From NCBI RefSeq assembly GCF_031769215.1, contig NW_026782163.1:62001-126000 (forward strand): a DNA stretch of 64,000 bases. The letters are read 5' to 3'. The notes under the pieces are model-generated. The model did not search any database. It saw nothing but the letters and a program-made list of their open reading frames with translations, and was not told where the DNA came from. The stretch is from Ylistrum balloti. Its lineage: Eukaryota. Below are positions 40,794 through 54,150 of this stretch, piece after piece. Numbering within the stretch: the stretch's first letter is position 1; each line of letters begins with the position of its first letter. A program made the position numbers and the translations under genes.

Positions 40794-43700
40794 TCAGTGC
40801 ACCTTGCCCACCATCATAGTTTTAGCAGGACTGATGGGGCCAAGAGGAATTCCAGGAGAACGGAGATCTTGACGTGACTTTTCGTGTAGAACGGCATTCT
40901 GAGTATGTGCTGGAGCTCTACTAAGGAGCTGGTCAGCATAGAAAAGAGCCTGCAAGGAATTGGAAAAATAAGGTCAGAAAAGTCATTATACAAAGTATAT
41001 TAAAAAACATTACAAAGGGTTAAGCTTGCAACAGGAAGAAATAGGACAGGACAGATTTGACTGTATCAGTGTAACAGTGGTATTATATGTCCACCAAAAT
41101 AAAATCTATTCTGAATTTTCTGATTTTGATTTCTAAAAAGTTCAAAGTGTAACTGATCTTGATATGATAGTCTTTTTTTCTTTAATTTCAATGAAGGTGC
41201 TATGTTTATCCTGTTAAAAGCCAAGGTAGGGAGCCAACATATAACCTGACTTAAAGTTAGTAGGAGGGCTTATTAATGGAAAACTAAAATCACTATTCCT
41301 CTGAACAGCAATTGTCATTGTTTGGTTTATTTCGAGACATAGGCATATTACTGACATATCTGGTACATTTACACTAAATTCAAGTAATAATATTTGTTAA
41401 TACGAACAATGTTGAAATACGTCACCAATAAAAGCGATATTTCTGACAGTCAAAATAGTATTCCTAACACTGACATGGTTATATTAGTTACCAAAGTCAC
41501 ATACCTTTGGAGCACTGACTGTCTGTATTCCCACAGACCGGGTAAGCACCTTACGTAGTCCTCCTAATCTTGTTGTGGCAGACAGGACGCGCATCTTATC
41601 AAGACTTGTGGGGATGGCATTTTTTGGTCGAGGTATCAGGCCAAGATCACCGAGCTGGTAATGTGGTAATGTTCCTTGGGAGCTTTTAGCTATTGGGGAC
41701 ATTGGCAACATCCTGCAAGGAAACAGTGTCAAGTTGAATATCTTTGATACACTTTTAAAATATCTAGGTTATAAAAATGAATGTTATAAACCCATAATAG
41801 ATAAACATGTATATGATGGACTTTATGCTCTCTGAAGTGTTCTAAACATTTAAATATTCAGTGAGGAGTACATTTCATCAGATGAGTTACATTAATAAAC
41901 CTCCAATATATATCGTTATACAGTAGTTGCTAAACTTCAATTTAAATTTGAAAGAGATTTAGTGACATGCTACAAGCATAACAAACGCATATAAATAATT
42001 CATCATTGAGATGACAATCTTACCCTCGTTTGATACCCTGTTTGCTACCAGGCATTTCGCTGGCGCTGCGTTGTCGTACTTTCTGATGTTTGCCAAGTGC
42101 TCCAGGCTCGGGACCCACCCCTACTGCTGCAGCACTATTGAGCAGGACTAGAAGATTCTCCAACATGTTGTCTCTTCTCTCGATGTCATTGAGTCCTGCC
42201 CCATACTCTGGTAGTTCCTCTTCATCCTCGTATTTCTGTCAGGGCAGGAAGTATTAAGTATATCAAAGTAAAAACTGGAGGAAATGTGTAACTATTAGAT
42301 ATGCTACATTATAAATCTGTATGATACACACTAGGAGATACATATTTTTAAGATACATACCCCAAGAGCTAGACGAAGAGCACTGGCAGCATCAAATAAG
42401 ACTTTGTCAAGTTTTTCTCGGTTTCGTTTTTCTACTCTATGTTTTTCCTTCATTTCCTTTAGGTCATCATCATAGGTCTCATTTTCCTTTGCCAATTTTT
42501 GTATGTCTTCTCTGCAAATAAAATGTGATGTTTTACATCCTCTTACTGCATATTGTACCTTAAGACGGCAATGTTCCCCAAGCCAATGGTTCACCATAAT
42601 TTACAAGCAGAGTTCAATTTTTTGGTTCTAATGAATGGATCACATTCAACATGACTAAGTGATATCCTGTATAACATAAAACAGGACAATAGACTGCATC
42701 AGGAGTTTAACTTGGGTGATTCATACAGTAATCATGTCCTACTTTTGCCTCTAGATGACCAGAAACTTTTACAATGAATTAACTGATCAATTTGATTTTG
42801 CTGGCTCCTAAATTACAATGTTTATAGTAGTGCTTTCAATCCATTATAACATCATTTGTTTCCCTGAAACACATGACATTTGTATCATTATATCATTATG
42901 TCACCTCTACTTTCACTTTGAGACCTCTATAAGTAGTCTCATAAATGTCACTACATGATATGTTTGGTCAGTATGTAATTTCTTTGAGGTTGTCACTACA
43001 ACCTGTTTCTGTGAGGTATACTGTATATGGTGAAATTTTCACCCAAGTTTAACTTTTACCTGTTTCACCCTTTTGCGAATGATAAGAAGTGCTAAAGTTT
43101 GAATTTTAAAGTAGAAATATCAGTTTTTATAATGTATTTTAGGATGAATTTTATGCATGTCAAAAATAAACAGTTTTATGCATATAGCCTTAGATGATTG
43201 TACCCCTCCTGCTGTTGTCTTAAGACCTGCTTCTGTCACGGTATAAGTGTTCCCTATGATGCACATAATATGTAGCTTTATCTATGCCTTCTCACCTCTG
43301 TGACTGGAGCTGTTGCTGCAGCAGTTCATGTTCAGCCTCCACCTCCTGGTACTCCTGTTCCCTCATTTCTAACTCTCCTACCATTGCCTCCTGGGCACGG
43401 CACTTCTCTGTCAGCATCCGTATCACCTACAAATAAATGCAGTGGCTAACGTGGTGAAAAATACACATAAACATACTAACATGTAGTACAGCCGACACTA
43501 TGTTTTGCCTATTATCAACTTTTAACAATTATAAAATGGTGGACCCACAATATGATTGTAATAGAGAATAACATACAAATCCTATGGACAGTACAATTAT
43601 GGTAATTCTTTAAGAACTGATGTTGTCCCTAACGACATCTCCTTACCTTTTGGTTGCTGTGGTTTTTCTTTGCCAACTCCTTTTCTGTCACTTCTAACAT

Positions 43701-46230
43701 TTCTATGTGTTGTTTCTGCTTCTTCTCCTTGGCCCGAAGGTCATCGTTTTCCTGGATCAGCTCCATGGTTTTGTCAGACTTCTGCACAAGTTGTGCCATG
43801 ATAGACACATTTTCTCTTATTGTGCGTTTGGTTGTCTCTGCCATCTGTTTATTGGAGACTTTACGGAACTCTGCTGCTACTGTGTTGACTCGAGAAACCA
43901 TCTCCTTCTTAAGTCTGAAATACAGAAGAAAATGAGACATCCAGTCAAAATCAGTTTTGTGAAATAGCCTATTATTGAAGTAATGAAATAGGTTTTTGCA
44001 ATAAAGAAATGTTGGCAATTATAATGGAGTCAGTTTATCAGAATTTTTCATTAAAAAAATATTTGAGGACATGAAAATCAAAATATCAGTTATGAGAACT
44101 AAAGTGTTTTGTTCAAATTGCTTGTAATGATTCTTCAAATAGATTACTTTAAAAAAATCAGTAAAAGTTAACATCATTGTACAGAAAACATGTAATACCC
44201 TGAGAAGGATTAACAGTTTGTGATAGCTAGTATTTAAGGAAAGTTAACTTTTGATCAGCTTTGTGCTGTGTTTATCAGTTGTCACTCACCTGTCCTTGTC
44301 TATGACAGCTTTCTTCTCCAGGTCATAGATCATCTTTTTGTGGTCCTCATCCTTCTGTTTGAGGTCCTCTTCCATGGCAGCAAACTTAGCCATCAGGTCC
44401 TCCTTCTGTACCTTGAACTCTTCCAGTGAGGCCAGTTTACCACCTGTCATACAGCAATGTAACCAGACTTACTAAACAGTAACATGGACATAAGACTCTA
44501 TACCAAAATATATTTTGTGCCAGACACAAACAATACAGTAGTGGATTTATTCTGTGTTGATACAACCTCAAGAATTGAATTATCAATTTGCATATGATGT
44601 ACACAGTGCAGAAAATAATCTGGATTGTAAAAAATTACTAATAAAAATGCCTATTATTACAGGTAAGGTTAATGAATTCAAATAATAAAATATATATTTA
44701 TCTGTAAAAATGATTAGGTTACAAAAAATCTGGGGTTAATCTGGTGTAAAGAAATTGTAGATTTACCAAGGATCATGTTGTCTGAGGTGAGCTGGTCCTT
44801 AGTTTCCTGGAACTCCTGTCGGAGTTGCTGGATTGTAGCATTGGCCTGTTCCTTTTCTTGTTCCCTTGTCTGCTGAAGACCAATCAACTGTTCCTGCAGG
44901 TCGGCATTCTCATCAGCTACAAAATTCAGTTTTTTTAATGTTAGAAGCAGATTTTTTTTCTAAATGAGACAGTAAGACAACATCATATCCAAATTCAATA
45001 TGAAATCAATTAAAACATGTAGAAATGTGTTAAGGTACCCATCCTATATGTAAGAATTTGCACTCTTTGGTAACCTGGGAAAAAATCTGATGTCAACTAA
45101 GTTTCCTCTGGCCGAATGTTAGATTTATTTTTGACTGACAGGTATATCTAGTGCAAGAGCTAAAGGAAACTCTGACTAGTCTGACAGTAACTTCAACAGC
45201 TCAAATGTTCCACAGAACCTTCATCCTAAATTACAATATTTTCTTACTTTTCAGATCAACTTGTCTTTTCCAGAATGATACAATGTCATTCTTGTCCCTG
45301 GCCATCTGATCAAACTGATCCTTGAATGCCCCCTGGCTGACTTCCAGCTCATCACATTTTTTCTGGTACCTAAAACATCAGGAAAACAACATTACTCCTT
45401 GGCTATATTTTCATGAAAACTGATCTATGATTCTGCATGCAGATTTCCTTCCATTGAATCATTTAGCATAACCTGTGTTTTGTTTTTTGTATTTTATTTC
45501 TGCAAATGACAATTCATCAACAAGACATAAAGGATAACTAGTTTTCTGTTTATCAAAATATCTTGTGTCTGGTCCAGATTTAGCTTGAACCTTGAATCTA
45601 TTAGCTTTTAGTCTGAATAAATATTCAAAACAACTACATGTAAAACTATTTTCAATGGTCAGTTATAATGACAGTTCTACATTTAAGTTGCAAGTGTTCT
45701 AACATCTCTCTGCATTACTTGCTTTTATTCAACAATGACAAAAATTAAACCACGGAAAGATATTCAGATCCCCATGCCTATGGACTACAGTCAACCTCGC
45801 GAAGTTCTTCTTAGGTTCAGTGCTGTCTATACTTTCTTGTACTTAAATGCATTGTTAATCATCATAAGTGAAGATATATTGTATACAAAGATAAAGCGTA
45901 ACAGTCATGATATCGATAGACAATATAGCAGAAAGTATATATTTCCATTAGGATTTTATGATACACGTACAGTGTACACATGTTGCAAATCGGCATTTCA
46001 AATAATACACATACATTCGAATTTGAAATTAGTAGAAAAGTCTTTGACAATCATGCATGTTTTTCAATATACCTGGCAAGCCTGTTTTCCAGATCCCTGA
46101 TCTGGATGAGGTAGTATTCTTTCGACAATTCATTGAGTTGTTCACTGGATGTTTTTGATGGCGATCCCCTTCCAGATTTCTTTGCACTTTTCTTCCCCTT
46201 CTTACCACTCTTTTTCTTTTTAGGAGGCAT
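40794..46230 (-). CDS. CFAP157: Cilia- and flagella-associated protein 157 (C9orf117-like), 569 aa. Coding exons (minus): 46230-46073, 45369-45248, 44916-44767, 44443-44290, 43914-43647, 43426-43296, 42511-42361, 42235-42024, 41712-41505, 40949-40794
   Basis: GT-AG introns, phases join to 1710 nt (570 codons). Matches recalled human CFAP157: [95 protein letters not shown], and the C-terminal YQLGDLGLIPR motif. Long coiled-coil composition. Confidence 0.92.
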
Positions 46231-46587
46231 CTTCGGTTACGTTTCCCTGTTATGCGGTTTATTCGGGAGTAAATATGCACGTGCGTATCTGATTGCGTTC
46301 ACAAAGACCTATATGATAGGTCAACAGGCCTAGAAAACACGGAAACAACTACATTATTAAAGAACGATGATAGTGTCCGCCATCTTGTTGTCAACAAAGA
46401 CAATGACGTCACTACTTGGATACATAAATATTTTATGAAGTATAGTTATTTAATTCTGTTTCATTTCATATATAGGATTATTTAAAATTAATAAATATGA
46501 AAATTTATCTGTATACCGATTGAAAATAAAATATCAATTTAAAAAGTAAAGTTAAGTTGTTTGGTATCTTAGTCACATGACTTAAAA
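46231..46587. promoter_or_regulatory. Bidirectional promoter between CFAP157 and PIGC
   Basis: The start codons are only 357 bp apart, head-to-head. The gap contains CGCCATCTT (YY1-like, 46378-46386), TGACGTCA (CRE, 46404-46411) and GTCACATGAC (E-box, 46572-46581); AAAATGGCGG overlaps the PIGC ATG. Confidence 0.75.
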
Positions 46588-49500
46588 ATGGCGGTTAGAA
46601 AGAAATGGAAGAAAATACTATATGAAGACCAAGGTGTTCCAGATAACTATGTGGACTCCTCCTTCCTGGATGAAATGAGGAAAAACCGTAACTTCACTTT
46701 AATATTGATTTATACTACAAAGTTTGTTGAAATAGGATCTCATCTCCTCAAGTAGTTCGACTAGATCTACCCGAAGACGAAGTGTTGCTAACATAAAATG
46801 TTATACTTCCTTACTGTCAGGCTGTCGATGAGAAGTAAAATAATATATGTCTATTAAACCTTAGGAAGTTGTTATTCTATTCGCATTTATTCTGCAGTGA
46901 GTGCGTCGTATTGTTGTTATGATTGACATTTACAACATTACCCTACTCACTGATGAAAAAAAAAGAAGTAATTTGTTGGTCCCGAGTACTTACGGCAGGA
47001 TCAAAACAGTAAGATGGGAATACGTATATGCTATGGCTATAGCTTAATGTGAAATTGGACATGTCTGAAAAGGAGCACAGCATTTGGAAATGCTAATTAT
47101 CATTTAATACATTTGTTTATTGGTCAAATGGCTAAAATTCTGAAAAGCAAAAGTTGCAAAATGCGTGTAAAATTATTGTTTGTACCATTTTTAAACTGAT
47201 GAACACAAATTGTTTAAATGGATGTCGGAATGCCAGATTGTCTGATATGTGAAAGAAAAATTGTCTAATTATGTTGCTTAAAACATGCAAAAAAAAATTG
47301 AAATTAATCTGGCAAGTGACACTAGTATGATGCTTTAATTGTCCCCTCCCCATTAAACACAATATGCTGCCTGAATGACTTTAGAGTGAAAGCCAAACAA
47401 GTATATAAATGTATGTTTATATATATAGCTGGGATCAAATACAAAGCACTCGTCCTCTGAAAGGCCTAAAGGCCATAATAGAGGACGTTAATCCCCTAAT
47501 AATAATCAAATACAAATCAAACAGACAGTTGAATTTTGTTATGTGCAGTTGAATCTAAACATTAAATATTGGGATATTGCAATATTTGCCATGCTGCAGT
47601 GAGTGGTCATGCTTTTATTAAGATGTCAATATCTTGTATGCTATGAATGATATCGGTTGACCATGTTGTGAACAACTTATGGAGAACAATTGTTTAATTC
47701 ACCAAAACACACTGGAAACTCTATTTATAATTAGATAAAGTAAAAATTAGTGTAAACAAATAATTTGGGTTATTTGCTAAATCTTTTGTGTTTGATTCCA
47801 GGGTATATCTCCAAGGGGAAGCAGTTTCTTGTTTCAGGGCTACACATGCATGTTCATTGTTTTTAGTAACACATCTACCAAGGGAGGCAGCTCTGTTTTA
47901 ATGTATCTTTTCCTTGCATTTAGAGAGCTACACTTGAGTACCTGCTACACCCTTATTAATGTTGTCAAAATAATGTACCTAAAAGAGACTTTTATATTTG
48001 TAAATTGTGTTTTGGGGAATGCATTTGCTAAAAAAATCTATTTATCAATTTCTTTTGCATTGCAGTATATACTAGAACCTATTCCTACTGGCCAGTTGTG
48101 AGAAACTCTGGAGAGGTGACTCAGCAAATCAGCAGGTAATAAACGGATCACGTATGACTGGACAATTTCAAACATTATTTAGAAATCCTGGTCCAGCTTT
48201 AAAACATTTGAGACACTTTGTGTATTAAAGTGAGTCTTCAGGGTTGTCAGTTTTGTGATATTTATATAGATGTATGTATCTTAATCTATTAAAGTAGAAA
48301 TGTGTCATTACATCAACAAAAAAAATTTAATTCATCTTGAAAAAGAACAGATCTTTTTGACCTTTAGAGACAGTTGGATATTAAGACTTGTCTTAATATT
48401 TCCATCATAGTCCTGTTGTCTAATGTGATATAATCTTTACCCCTGACAAAATGTTTCTATTTTTATTCATAGTCCAGCATTTATCATAGCCTGAGACAAG
48501 GCTTCACATAATTTTACAAATTTCCATTCAATTTTCTCATTGCTATTCGCTATTATAATAGTAATTGTGAAAGCAAAGGACATGCATTTCACATGTTAGC
48601 TGCAAAACAAAGAACTTTAAGTGAAATAAATCACGTGGAAAACAAGTCATCATCACTAATAGTTAGTTATGTATGCTTATTGATAAAAGCTAGAACTACA
48701 CTTATGGTCATAGACATTGTTTATAAGCTACCTCGTCACACTTTTGTGGCACATACATTTCAAAATAAACATGTATCTTGATGGTTTTATTTGAGTTTTG
48801 ATAGACTCCTACCATATTTAGCTTATATACAAAATGTATATTGATTTTAGAACTGAACTTACTAGTTAATAACTTGATGGTTTTCCTTTCAGTTTGTGTC
48901 TCTTTGTTGTTGCCTACATCTATATGTATAACCAAAAACTGTCACCTCAATTGTTGGTGATTGCCATGGCAACTGTTACTACGGTAGGCTACCTGGTCAA
49001 GCTTTACACAGACCATGTGATAGGAATAAAAGATCCACATAGAACAGGTGAGAGATTGGGGTTATATTAAGTGTACGTTATTATGTATACAATATATATT
49101 TACACCCCCCCCACCCCCCCACCACTACTAGCAATCGAAAAATTTTCTTTACCTTATGTGTGGCTGAAGCACATTTAATTGATGACGGAAAGTGTGTGAA
49201 TTTTTTCCTCAGACGTCTATTTAAAAATGAAATCGATAAAATGATAACAAAAAGTGAACTACATGTGAACACTATACTTTTCCAAACTTTGTCACATTGG
49301 GATACTAAAGAAACAGATGTTCATATCAGATTTGGGATTATCTAGCTGTGTTTCTATATACATGTACATTTATATGAAAAAATAATAGAAAACAGCAAGA
49401 AAATCCAACTTGAAATGACAATGTCCATTTTCATAAGTTCAATTTAATGAAAGTCACTTAATGTTTTGGACATGAAATTGGACCTCCTTAAACGATGCAC

Positions 49501-52500
49501 ATGTAGAATTGAAACATTTTCAGAATAAAAGATGATTGGACATCAATTTTCCAGATTATGAGAGTTCATATAGATCAGCTAAAACGATGCTGCAAACCTA
49601 TGAAAATAAATCATTTCATATTAATGTATATGTTTGATAAGTGGTGAGAAAGGATGATAGAACGTCATGGTTACCGATATACATTTTATACATAATAATA
49701 TAATTGATATGTGTGATGGCATCATTCACCTCTACTGCAATCTTAGTTTTATGCAAATCAAAATTGACTTCTGATTACTGATTGATATAACATTTTTCCA
49801 AATTTTTGTTGCAGTACTAGATGATTTGAAGACGGCAGTGATATTCACAGGCTTCAGTTTCGGTCTGTCCCCTGTCCTTGTTTCATTGACAGAAACTATC
49901 TCCACAGATACCATCTATGCTATGACAACAGTGATGTTACTTGCTAACCTTATCTTCCATGACTATGGAGCTAGTGCTGCAATGTAAGTAAGAAAGTGTA
50001 TACTGAATTGGCACCAGTAACTGGCTGTAACGTAACTGGGAACTATTATACTTTATATATTATAACTTTCACTAAAGTACCTATCTGTTCAATATACTTG
50101 TAGCCAATTACAAATTAAGTTGTTTGTTTGCTGTCAAGAACCATAACAAATATTGTATGACCCAATTAAAACCAGGTCATATCATTGGTTATCTATGCCA
50201 GGTACATTATGAAGTAAAGTCAATAACTGTATCTTTGAGGTATGCAAATGTGAACTCAATTGAATCTAGGTAAACTACATTATTAATAAGGAAGATAAGG
50301 ATGGACTGTAAACCTATAAACTATTCATTTTCATTTTTAAGTTTTCTAAATTTTCAGCAGTAAAAAAAATCAAAATGCGGTTGTTAACATGCTGATCACT
50401 GGTGAAAATTGTATTTATGTAGGTTATGTGCAAATTAAGCAAATTATTTTAGGAGTGAAAAATGACTTGACTGAAGACAGTTACTGTTGGCGACATATAG
50501 CCTGACTTTGTTGCTATTACTAGTCCCCTCCAAGCACTGGAAGTGACTACAATTTTGTGTTGTATTCATTCCTCACCCTCCCTCCTTCCAGTCAGGTTTA
50601 TATCTCCTACACTTTTTGTCACAGAAATTTTAAATTTGGAGTAAAGGTTCAACTTGGTGAATTAGTGTACATGTAGCAAAAGTAGGTTTCTATGACCTAC
50701 ATTTAGATCTTTAACCTACATCAAAGAAAAAGATTTTCCGTGTCTTATCTCCCATACTACATGTCAATGGAACTGTATGCGTAGGGTATTGGTTGATTTT
50801 TGTTAGGCGGCGTGTCACATCAGAAGTGGATCTTTTTGACCTACACTTTGACCTTTGTCCTACATCAAAATATATTGGTTTTTCTATCTCAAACATTTCT
50901 TTGCCATGAAACTTGGGTTCATTTTGGTGAATTGGTGTTTGTGTATCAAAAGTAGTTCACGTTGACATACATTTTGACCTTTGACCTCCATCAAAGAGAA
51001 AGTTTGTTTTTTGGCACTATTTTCTGCACTACTAGTCAGTGGAACTTCATACATAGGGTCACTTTTTTGAGGTGGTTTGTCCTGTATCAAAAGTTGGTCA
51101 CTTTGACCTACATTTTGACCCTTGACCTACATCAAACAAAAATGTTTGTCTGAGCACTATCTCCTACACATCTTGTCACTGGAATGTCATACTTTGTGTA
51201 CGGGTACCCCATTTTAAACATCTTTTGTCTCAATTCATCACTTATCACATATTAAATAATGTAATCTACAGGATAAATAACATATCTGTTAAGGTAACAT
51301 TTGTGTACTATGTAACTTTTCTTTAAATATCACATTATTTGTTATCAGATGCATATCACTGTACTTTATCTTTTGTATGTATTGCTTTAGATGTAGACTT
51401 TTAACCACATTCACACATTACATTACTTAAGGTACCTAGTTCATAAAATCAATATACAGAATACAACTAGTCTGTGCAGACATGTATTGTTGTGTTCTTG
51501 GGGAAGACACTGAACTGAATTGCTCTAGATGGGATGTGACAGGCCTCTCGTAAATATGTTTATCAAAGAATTAGCTACAAGGTACTACAATGAGGCCTTG
51601 CCACAAGACCACCTTTAATTTGCTGTTTCCTGGGCAATAATCAAACAGTACAAATATAGATTTCAAATAATTAGGTAAATACTACATAAAGTTTTATGAG
51701 ACCTGGTGATACATATACCCATAAAATAGAACATGTTTATAAATCTACAACATAATCAGGAGCAGTAGACCTTTTTATGTATGTACTGATTCATGACAAT
51801 ATGTCCTCAGTATTACCATATTTATCCTTGTCAGATAAAAAGCTCATCAATATATGACACAGTTCAGTGAAATATGATACTTTAATTCTGCAACTGGCAC
51901 TACCATTGTCGGAATACACTTGTCTAACGGAAAACAACTGTATGTTAGCACTTTGATTCAGCAGAATCACTTTCTGATCTGCTTATATATAACATTTAAA
52001 AGTTTAAAGAGTTCTTTAAATAAGCAATTTTATTTCTTGTAACAAATAAGGCTATTTACAAAAATTAAAGAAATGTCTGCTATATTGATTTTAATTTTGA
52101 ACTGTATTTCCACACTGAGAAATCATTTTGTTGTACATGTCAGATATAATATAACTCAGTGTAATGTTTAGGTCAGGTAAAGAAATATAAGCTGGCCTGG
52201 CCATGTTTTGGCTTGGTTCAGAAAGACAAATGTAACAAGCCAAATGTCTTTCTTCTCTCTCACCAAAATATAGCTGATATTTGAAGACACTATGTATTCT
52301 ATGTATAAAATATATGATACACAGAACCTATGTGAGGTTGGGAAGTTGTGTCTGTTGTTTGCCTCTGGTCTTATTGCAGGTTAATGTGATGTTCTGCATT
52401 TGACAAAAAAGCCTGTTTATCCTCTATACTTAGAAGTTAATACTTTCATATTTTAAATGACTTGCTAATTTATGAATGTTTGTTCTGCAGGGTTTCAGAA

Positions 52501-53360
52501 GCCCTGTCCCTCAATGCTGGAATATTTGCCTCCGTGTGCCTGGCCTCCAGACTCCATACGACATGGCATGCCTTCGCCACAGTAACATTATCCCTTCTCG
52601 TATTTGGACTCTGGCCAATGCTGAGGAAGCAAATGAAGGCAAGTTTGCACAGGAGGATCGTAGGTTATTTTGTCTAATGAAATTTATTGTTGAGATGGAA
52701 AGCAAATTTGTCTGCAATTCCACTTTAAGCCACTATAACTAATGATTGTTTGACTGGCACAATTACTTATATGCATGATTATTTACACTACTACAAATTT
52801 TGGTTACACAAATGTTTAAAACCTCAAAAGGTAATTGGATGAATTTCTTTTAATGTAGAAGGCTATCCCAGGAAGTCAAGTTGGAATGACCTTGACCTTA
52901 TGTAGTGTGTCCCTTGTTGCTTTGGTAACAGTGTCCGCTGTAGCAGCAGTTTTGGGATTGTTGCTTATATTGTTCATCACATTCCTTTGTCCAGCTTGGC
53001 TAATCAGTCTTCAACCCTACAAAAAGTAAGTTTCTGCTGAGTTATTTGGAAAACTGATCGACAGTAATCTGTTATGTTGTGATTCAAATCTGTTCTTACT
53101 TCACCTTTTTGGTATGTTTTTAAAAAATTATCAGTAACTAATGGAATGAAAACATGAATCTTTTGATGAAATTCTGCTACTTGCATACTTTTCATACAGC
53201 ATCTGGCTTCTAAAGACAGCTTTGTATTCGTTTTAAATTAATATCCAACTTTAAATAATTTTACTAGATATTCCATAGAAACACCTCTAAAATATTACTT
53301 TTGTGTCTTTTTAGCAATATATATGGTCCATGGGATGAAGCTGTCATTCAGACCAAATGA
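46588..53360 (+). CDS. PIGC: Phosphatidylinositol N-acetylglucosaminyltransferase subunit C (PIG-C/GPI2), 284 aa. Coding exons: 46588-46687, 48066-48135, 48893-49047, 49815-49983, 52491-52638, 52859-53025, 53315-53360
   Basis: 855 nt open frame. Motifs [70 protein letters not shown] and C-terminal NIYGPWDEA match recalled human PIGC. Multiple hydrophobic TM segments. Intron 5 is best explained by a GC donor. Confidence 0.95.
50560..51220. repeat. Degenerate approximately 140-bp tandem core repeats (4 copies) in PIGC intron 4
   Basis: TGACCTACA(C/T)TTTGACCTTTGACCTACATCAAA-like motif recurs near 50693, 50837, 50963 and 51104. Confidence 0.75.
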
Positions 53361-53589
53361 AAAGAGCTGTCAGCTAGTGCATCTGCATCCAGCAAATGAA
53401 TGTTGAATAATGAAAGCCTAAGGTGTTTCAATACCTGTTTGGTTGAAAAGTCACAAGATTGTTCTTTGATGGTGCTGTGTCTCCTGAAGAGTGAAAGTAC
53501 AAGATGTTATTACATCTTTTACATCAGTTGAATCATGGGAGTTCAAGATATTTTCACTTCTCCTGAAAAGAGTGAGCCAAGGATGTCTC

Positions 53590-54150
53590 TACATCTATTG
53601 AAGAGCAAGAGTACAAGATGGTTCTACATCTACTGAACAGTAAGAGTTCAAGATGGTTCTTCATCTACTGAACAGTGAGAGTTCAAGATAGTTCTACATC
53701 TACTGAACAGTGAGAGTTCAAGATAGTTCTACATCTACTGAACAGTAAGAGTTCAAGATGGTTCTTCATCTACTGAACAGTGAGAGTTCAAGATAGTTCT
53801 ACATCTACTGAACAGTAAGAGTTCAAGATGGTTCTACATCTACTGAACAGTGAGAGTACAAGATGTTTCTTCATCTACTGAACAGTGAGAGTTCAAATGG
53901 TTCTACATCTACTGAACAGTGAGAGTTCAAGATGTTTCTTCACCTACTGAACAGTGAGAATATAAGATGTTTCTTCATCTACTGAACAGAGAGAGTTCAA
54001 GATGTTTCTTCGTCTACTGAACAGTGAGAATACAAGATGTTTCTTCATCTACTGAACAGTGAGAATACAAAATGGTTCTACATCTACTGAACAGTGAGAG
54101 TTCAAGATGTTTATACATCTACTGAACAGTGTGAATACAAGATGTTTCTA
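53590..54150. repeat. 35-bp minisatellite (CATCTACTGAACAGTGAGAGTTCAAGATGGTTCTA), about 16 copies, downstream of the PIGC stop
   Basis: TACTGAACAG recurs at 53631, 53666, 53701, 53736 and onward (period 35). Degenerate copies extend on both flanks. Confidence 0.97.

Noticed and set aside
43654-43967. Two + strand ORFs opposite CFAP157 exon 5
   Set aside because: Antisense shadows of a coding exon.
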